64,000 bases of DNA from the human T2T-CHM13v2.0 reference genome, Homo sapiens. The stretch lies in the NCBI RefSeq assembly GCF_009914755.1, contig NC_060928.1, one strand, 5' to 3'. The notes under the pieces are model-generated. The model searched no databases and was not told where the DNA came from. It worked only from the letters and a program-made list of their open reading frames with translations. Made by a program: the position numbers and the translations under genes. This document shows, piece after piece, positions 54,939-64,000 of this stretch (the stretch's first letter is position 1; the number at the start of each line of letters is the position of its first letter).

Positions 54939-55047
54939 AATTTAGAGGATCCCAGGGAAAACAGAAAAGTATCTTAAAAATAAACATTACCCAGTATTGT
55001 ACAGTTGACAAATGTTAACATTATGCATTTATTAAAAACAAATGTAA

Positions 55048-55413
<366 letters not shown>

Positions 55414-56667
55414 CTGCAGCAGACTTTTAAAAAGATATATTCAGCTTCATCACCCTTTTCTTAAAAAACTGAAATTACTTCTGTCAAAATCATGCCGATG
55501 GAAAGCAATGACATGCTAAGCACAGTCCTTTACAGAAATAATTCAGATAGAATAAGTGGAAAATAACCTTAAAGAAGATTGAAAGAAGCGACAACTTAAT
55601 GAAACCCAGCTACTGGTTCCATTTTCTATTTATCCTTCCAAATTGCTAATGAATTCTGACCCATTTAGTCATGCAAAATATATATCCTGAAGAATCTGTA
55701 TCCCTTTTGAGGTACTTAATGGATGTTTAGCCGGCAAGGAAATATGGCATGCCTATTATTCACAATAGTTGATCTTTAAATTGACATTAATATGCCACAC
55801 TTAGAGTACTGGGGAAATTCTAGCCAAATATACAAAGCCGCTGCTACTAAGATGAAAGACATTCCACAAGGAGGAAACTGATCTCAGAACCAGTGACCAC
55901 GGCCATGAGGGCTTCGTGGCTGCTACAGCACGTTAGCCATAAACAATTTCCATCTGAGGAAGTGCATTCAGTGCAGCTGCTGATGCATAGTAAATATTTG
56001 ATCCTAATTGGACCTAATGATGAATTTCAATTCTGTATTCACCATTCTTTTATAGGACACCAACCCATAAACACAAAAAATAAAAAAGGTTTTGGGGAAC
56101 ATTTTTCATTTCCTTAAGTCATTTAATAATGATGAATTGCCTGGGAGGCTCTTTGAAAAGATAGATGCGGCTAGAAAGTTACTGGGAGAATTAGAAATTG
56201 CATAAGGATTCAATGCAAAATACTTTGTAAAAAGAAATTTTAACTTCCTTGTTTAACTTATTTTAATTCATTGAGAAATTAAAGGTAAAATATACTTTAT
56301 AAAAATATAATCTGGCAAACTTTAATTTGGGTACCAATTTGGAATTCGATTAAACAGGTTCAAGTCTATTTTTATAGATTATAAAAATGCTCCTTTCAGA
56401 TAAAGTAAAAAAGATAATTTTGTTTTGGGAGTTAAAAGAATCAATGTCTGTGCATCCTTTAGTCTCAATAGAATAACTCTTATTCTATCAGTAGGCAGAA
56501 ATGTTTAAGCAGCACTGTCCAAAAGACATACATGTAATTTAAATGCTTTTAAATGGAATAGAAAAGTGAAATTCTCTGGTGTTTTTTCTTGTATTCTTTC
56601 AAAATCATAGCACCAATGGATGTGAGTTTCTAACATTATTCACCTATCTTTTTAAAAATTTACCCCT

Positions 56668-57333
56668 GAATGCTTATACACTGCTGGTGGAGATGTAAAT
56701 TAGGTCAACCATTGTGGAAAGCATTTGGTGATTTCTGATAGAACTTAAAACAGAACTATCATTGACCCAGTAATCCCATTATTGGGTCTATACCTAAAGG
56801 AATATAAATCATTTTATCATAAAGACACATGCACGCATATATTCATTGCAGCATCATTCACAATAGCAAAGACATGGAATCAACATAAATGCTCATCAAT
56901 GGTAGACTTGATAAAGAAGATATGGTATATACACACCATGGAATACCATGCAGCCATAAAAAAGGACAAGATGATGTCCTTTGCAGCAACATGGATGGAG
57001 CTAGAGGTCATTTTCTAAGCAAACTAACACAGGAGAAGAAAACCAAATTCTACATGTTCTCAAGTATAAGTGGGAGCTAAACATTGAGTACATATGGACA
57101 CAAAGAAGGGAATAACAAACACCACAGCCTACTTGAGGGTGGAAGGTGGGAGGAGGTGAGGGTTGAAAAACTACCTATCAAGTACTATGCTTATTACCTG
57201 GGTCATGAAATAATCTGCACACAAACCCCCCATAACACACAGTAACCCCCGTAACATGCTATCAATCTATCTATATAACAAACCTGCACATGTACCCCTG
57301 AACTTAAAATAAAAGTTAAAAGAATAATAAAAA
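56668..57333 (+). mobile_element. 5'-truncated L1PA (PA13-16-like): ORF2 C-terminus and 3' UTR
   Basis: Translated ...HKDTCTHIFIAASFTIAKTWNQHKC...KKIWYIHTMEYHAAIKK matches the L1 ORF2 end. 3' end is aacctgcacatgtacccctgaacttaaaataaaag. Flanks aaa(t/g)tttaccc(c/t)tga. Confidence 0.93.
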
Positions 57334-57439
57334 CAGAAAGTTTACCCTTGATAACACGTTTTATGTATAATCACTAAATCTACTAAGGCACATTTGCATA
57401 TTATATTATAGAGTCTGCTAGCTCTACAGTTTTTCCAAC

Positions 57440-57830
57440 TGTGTACAGTCGGCCAACTACCATAACCCACATCTTCCAAATCCTAGTGGCTTAACAATGG
57501 AAAATGGAATATCCAGTGCAGCTCAGTGGAGTGTGGGGTGGGGGGCTGTGTTCCAAACAGCCATTTAGAAATGATGCTCCTTGCAGCTATTACTCCACCA
57601 TACCATGGGGTCTCACAGTCCTTCACATCCCCTGAGTCCAGCTGTTAGCTGAGAGGAGCGAGAATGTACAGGATCAGGTATGGGTTTCATGAGGCAGACC
57701 TGGAAGGGCAATACATCACTTCTACGAGCCAGAAATTGTCACACGATTCCTTCCAACTGCAGAGGAGGCTGGGGAATGTAATCTACCTGTGTGCCCAGGA
57801 GGAAGGGAAATGGGCTTTGTGAAAATGTGC
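57440..57830 (-). mobile_element. Old MLT1-type MaLR LTR fragment
   Basis: ccaaatcctagtggcttaacaa...gcagacctggaag...catcacttct...aactgcagaggaggctggggaatgtaatct. Confidence 0.6.
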
Positions 57831-59496
57831 AGCATTATCTCTGACAAACTGGCAGGAAAAAACCCACTAATGTCATATCTTTATATACCTGAGAGATGTA
57901 TCATCAATGACCAATTCTCTGCCCTTGGCAGAATGCCGATTGGAAATATAGCTTTGGACAGGGCCAATATTAGGCTACGTCAAGATGACCAGCATGTGTC
58001 CTGGCAAGCTGACAACAGACTCTGTCAAACAGTCAGCATGGCCAGATTACCCTCCTGGTCTTCCAGGCAATCATGCTCCTCTTCCCACTTTGGGACTGAC
58101 ACCTTTGCTTCCCATCGCAAGCACAGCCAATTCACTGAAAAGAGTTGACTAGTGTCACTTGCATTTTCATCTGAATAAGGGAAGAGTCACTGTCACTTGG
58201 AATGTGACCATAGACTCCACTATCCTTAGACTACATCAAAATTATGCTCCTTTAAACTATTTGGAGGTAAAAGACACAAGAAAATAATAGGCACCAGAAG
58301 CATACACAAATGTGAGATGTTTGGCATGGAAGACAGTTTTCTACTCATAAAATACACAACTTGAAAGTTGGTATAAATATCAGATCCTGAATCCTGCCAG
58401 CCACATTTTTACTGGCAGGCATAGCAGGAGACAGCACAATGAAAATTCTCATAGAGGTTGGAAGTAGCAACAAGTCTTGAAAACTCATTTGACTATCAAG
58501 GAGGGCTAGACCACACATTAACTCAGACCACAAAGGCTAAAGGTCTCACTTAGACTCTCTTATCACTCAGCATTTAGAACCAGAAGAATAATCACATTCA
58601 TTCTTTCAAGACTTTCCCTTTAACTATACATAAGAAAGGAAATGTCTTTACATTCCTCATATCTCACTTGGCATAAAATCTAATGTTTGTTCATCTCACT
58701 TATCTTAATCCCATACCTCCTCATGTTTATTAGAAGAAAAAAATGTAACTCTGCATGTCAGAAAACAGATCTGAAGTAAATATCAGTTAAAATGCAAAAC
58801 AAAAAGCAAAAGAGGTCTCAGATTTTTACAAATGTTGTTTTATAGAAACCATAAAATTGAGGTAACTTGATTTAAAACAAGTGAAGACATCCAAGAATTT
58901 TCATAGTATGCAAGTGATCTGGACTGGTGGTTGGCAGCATTGACATTAAATCAGCTGAATTTTCATTGACAGCTCATTAGAAAGATGTTCCAAGAAAATC
59001 GAATACAAGATGCTCAACAGAAGCTCTTCTCTATGCAGTTCATAACTGTTATTTTATGTCCTTACAAGTCATGACTCATATTAGAACACGTAACTCTGTA
59101 AAATTTAAAGATTTTTATAAATCGCATGAAAAATTTCCCCTTAGTATAGCTATAATTTTGCTGTTTATGTCACATGGATTTTTAATTACATTTTCCAAAC
59201 ACGAAGGCAGTCAATTTGATAAGGAGAATATTTCACAAAATTCACTCTTCTGTTCTAGGATCTTGGTTCTAGGTAACTCATTCTCCAGAAAGAAATCATA
59301 TCAGTCAGTTCACAAAAGAAAAAAATATTTAAGCCACCTAAAAACTCAAGTACTATTCATTGTTAATTTTGTCTGGATCTTTACATTACCTTAACTATAT
59401 GGTCAGTCTATAAAAATGTATCTGTACATATGCTTACAGGTAATATGTAATATAAGTAACATCCAGGGATGGATCCTGAAGCGGGCTTCCATTTTT

Positions 59497-59994
<498 letters not shown>

Positions 59995-61079
59995 TCAGAT
60001 ATTGTCAAGTTTAGTCCACTTCTTTGGATCTCAGTGGCTTTTATTCTGACATAAGATATTTAGATGTTGCAAGCCCCTCCAAGGAACACTATTTTATAAA
60101 CAGAAACATCCAGTTGTGTGGCCATTTCATAATTAGCTTCTGAAATGGACAGGAAATGCACCTATGTGAAGGAGGCAGAGCAGGGCAAATGCCTTTACTG
60201 CTTTTCAAATTTTGATTTCCGGGTAGGAAACACAACTAAACCTCCTATCAATTTTTAGTCTTTACCTGTACATTTCTAACTTTTAGAGATTTCTGTTAAT
60301 GTTCCTTTTTCTTGTTAACTTTGTATTTGATATTCAAGAAACGTTAGAAATGAATGCCTGTATAACATAATTTCAAGATATTAAAATAGCATTTATCATT
60401 AAGGCCACTTGCTTTATACCAACATCACAATTCCATTTTAAGAGTTATTCCATGTCCTGGGAAATTAAATCACTGTCTCAACTCCTTCCAGGTGACATAA
60501 GAAGACATGGAGGCATGATGGTCTAGCAGAGAGAAGCCTAGGTGGTATGGATTGTTCCATGTTGTGGAACATATTACAGAGACAAGGGTATACATTAGTT
60601 CAGCAATTTCGAGTTCTTAAAACATCTGCTTTCTCTCCAGCTAGATCTATACAACTGGATGGAGAAGATCAGGCTTAGGTGTTCTGTAAAATTTAAAAAT
60701 GAGACCCCTAATGGCAGCTTTCCTATTTTACTCATATTTTTGGAATATTTTCAAGCAATTGCTGATACAATCTGGTGAGCCACTGATGGAATTGAGTGTA
60801 AGAAATGGAAACTGCTATGGATTGTTAACATAGAGACTGATGACCAGATTACAGGTGCATATATTTTGTTTATCTAGAGTTGTGTGGAGGCTGCTGTTCA
60901 GAGCATTGCTGACACCAGGGCATGAAACTAGTGACACAGTTAATGAGGCTGGTGATGAAGAAACTCTCGGGTCCTAACCGATAATTTCACATACCTAGTA
61001 AATCAGCATTATTTCATTTGAGTTACACTTGACTTTTTAAAATTAAATATCATGCGAAAGACTTTCCAGAATTACAGCA

Positions 61080-61960
61080 TTCCACCAAATTGCTCTAGCC
61101 AGGACCCCATTGAGGTCCATATTGTAAAATTATCAGGTTATATCTAAGCCATCATCTTTCTTGATTGCACCTCCCCCTCTGACATAGTTTCTTCTCTTGG
61201 CTGTCAGCACACTGTGCCCGCTTGCCTTCCTCCTATCTCCCTGGGCATGCCTTCTCAGTTTCATTGATAGGGTTCTCCTCCTCCTCCTGGCCTCTCAATC
61301 TTGGAGGTTTTTAGCCTTGAAGTTTCTTAGCCTTTTTGTCCTCTTTCTGCACTCACTGCCTCATTCAGTCTCAAGGCTTTAAACACCATGGAGACCCAGC
61401 CATCTCTTGCCGTCTCCTCCATTTCCACCCATTCCAGGCACCTTCCTTCCTCACCTGGCCGTTGCAATAGCTTCCTAATTAGTCTCCAGCTTCCACCTTC
61501 CCCTTCTTACCACCTACTCCCTTCAGTGCAAAAGCCTCAACCTCTGGCACTCACCCTTTCTTTCTCTTGGTTGCAGCTATCCTGGCCTCCTTGCTGTGCC
61601 TCATACTGGAAGGCCACTCACACTTTAGGGCATTTGCAGAGGCAGTGCCTTCTGCCCCCAGATGGGTAACCCTATGGGCAACCCCCTTCAACTTCCTTGC
61701 TCAACATTTGAAACTCCAAGCTGCACTGTCCTCAACACATTCTCCAGATCCTCTTTACCCTGCTATGTTTTGAGCCCCTTTTACTCTCTTACCTACTGTA
61801 TAATCTCCTAACATGTTTACCTTTTACTGTGTGTTCTGCCCATGGGAATTTAAGCTCTGTGGGGGCAGGGATTTTTACCAAGGTTGTTCACTGATGTGTC
61901 TCAAGCGCTCAGAACAGTCCTTTGCCTTTGGACAGTGCTCGGATTTGCATGAGTGAATGA
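61080..61960 (+). mobile_element. L2 (fragmented, includes the 3' end)
   Basis: ttgcaatagcttcctaattagtctcc...ctttagggcatttgcagaggcagtgccttctgcc...aagctctgtgggggcagggattt...gagtgaatga. Confidence 0.75.
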
Positions 61961-63106
61961 CTGTGCTCTCTCCAGAGTGATGAGGATGTCAGGATTGCTA
62001 GGTTTAGAAATGAAGCACATCCTATAGTATGACAGAGCCTGCAGAGGAGATAACAGCTTCTCGCTTAAAGATATGGAGTAGGCGTTAAAAATGATTTCTG
62101 CCCAATGTAAGAGGAGGATTTTCCAATTACCAACCAGAAGGAGTTGCTTGCTCTTGCCTCAGTGATTCTCACAATACCATATGCTATCAAGTTCCATTGC
62201 CCTCTTTGTACATGTGAGGGTAAGGTGCTCCATTGGATGTATCTTGAAACAGAACAGAGTTTGTGTATGTGAGGGGGGTGTGTACCTTTTTCTAAGGATT
62301 GAGCTGGATGACAAAGGATATTGCATATTTAACGGGTAGGGAGAACGCAGGTGCAACAATTCACAAAAATCTCATAATAGTGAATGATGGTGAATGAATA
62401 GAGAAGACCTAAGAAATCTCTCAAACGGGTGAGTTCTCTAGGAATTGAAAGGGTTTTTTTTTTTTCTGTTACAGTTTTAAAAGAATGTGGAAATGGAATA
62501 ATTTGATGATATTAAGCTGTGGTTTTGATGAATGCTCTAAGAATCATCCCCAGTGATAAATATTCAAAGATAAATGGTGATGTTTTAGATAGAAGTCAAT
62601 CGTTATTCTATTGCCTGTAACAGGGTTCCTTAGTTATAATTCTGTTAGTTGCTCTCATGGTCTTATGTTACTAATATAGTCATTATTTCAAAGCTTATCA
62701 CATTCTGTAAAATCCTGTAGTCATTAGCAATAATCTAAGCCAACGTTAGCAATCCATTAAGGTTAGACATTTAACTTCTATAAAATACTCTATGCCACAG
62801 CACTTTCATATTCCTATGGGGCAAATTTCCATCGTAGACTCCACGTTGGCTCCTTGAAATGGTGTGTACTCAAGGATAGCCCAGCTTAGGGGACTCCAAA
62901 TGCCATTTCAATTTTAACTTTATACAACAGATTCTCGTTCTCCATCCATGCTTAGACTTCCCAGCTCTCAGGTTCAACTCTCAGATCAGGAACAACCATA
63001 TGTACTATGTTTTGTTTCCATCGAATTGGCAGTGACTCATTATTTAATTACTCTCCATGTGTTGGCCAAATATGAGGAAAGAATACTCTGAAAAATTAAC
63101 AAAATG

Positions 63107-63458
<352 letters not shown>

Positions 63459-64000
63459 CTACACAGGCTTTGGGATGCAGCAGCATTGGATAGAACAATA
63501 CTGATCCCTGGCAAAGATACACCACAAAAAAGCTCGGCTGCCTTTCACAAATACGAGTTCATGAACACGTCCAGGAAGATAAAAGTGTGCAGTGCATTAA
63601 AAACACATTTCCTTCTCATTAGTTGCATGAGGATATAAAAATTAAATCAAATCTGCTTTGTTGCCAATTTCAAGAATGTGACTGAGGACAAGGAGCAGAA
63701 GAAAGCAGTGTCACCAATCCTACTCGGAATAATCTGTCACCATGTTAGCAGAGCAGAAAACATTTCATTTTAAATGATTGCTATTTCAGTTACATAATAA
63801 AAGTTAATAGATACAACCCCAAACATAAGATTTAATTCATTCAGACACACATATACTTGTGTTAGTCTATGAAGGAAATATATCTTTTATGTCAAAATTA
63901 TGTACTTCTTTGAAATGTAGTTCAAAGTGAAGAAGAAAACTTTAAACATTTTCCTTCACTTTTAACTCCTTCCATGCCCCAAAGCAAACACCTGAACATA

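Noticed and set aside
56782-57018. ORF with reverse-transcriptase-family similarity as a possible gene
   Set aside because: It is only the degenerate C-terminus of L1 ORF2 in a 5'-truncated L1PA.

Overview
This is primate genomic DNA, probably human or another catarrhine (Alu J/S/Y, L1PA, THE1/MST/MLT1, L2, MIR and MER20 are all present). It looks intronic or intergenic, and I found no intact protein-coding exon. Nearly all ORFs in the track come from Alus, LTRs, simple repeats or chance. Two retrocopies of cellular RNAs are recognisable, each with a poly(A) tail and target-site duplication (TSD): a Y1 RNA (RNY1) pseudogene at 12.7 kb and a 5'-truncated GTF2H5 (TFIIH p8/TTDA) pseudogene at 59.5-59.9 kb that has acquired a new in-frame ATG. 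The window also has 16 Alus (many internally rearranged, one an ~80-bp mini-Alu), solo LTRs, a 75-bp tandem duplication, a polarised 16-bp minisatellite with higher-order structure, two long polypyrimidine tracts and several enhancer-like motif clusters at ~33-46 kb. I see no support for a new multi-gene biological system. Repeat and gene assignments rest on recalled consensus sequences, not database searches.
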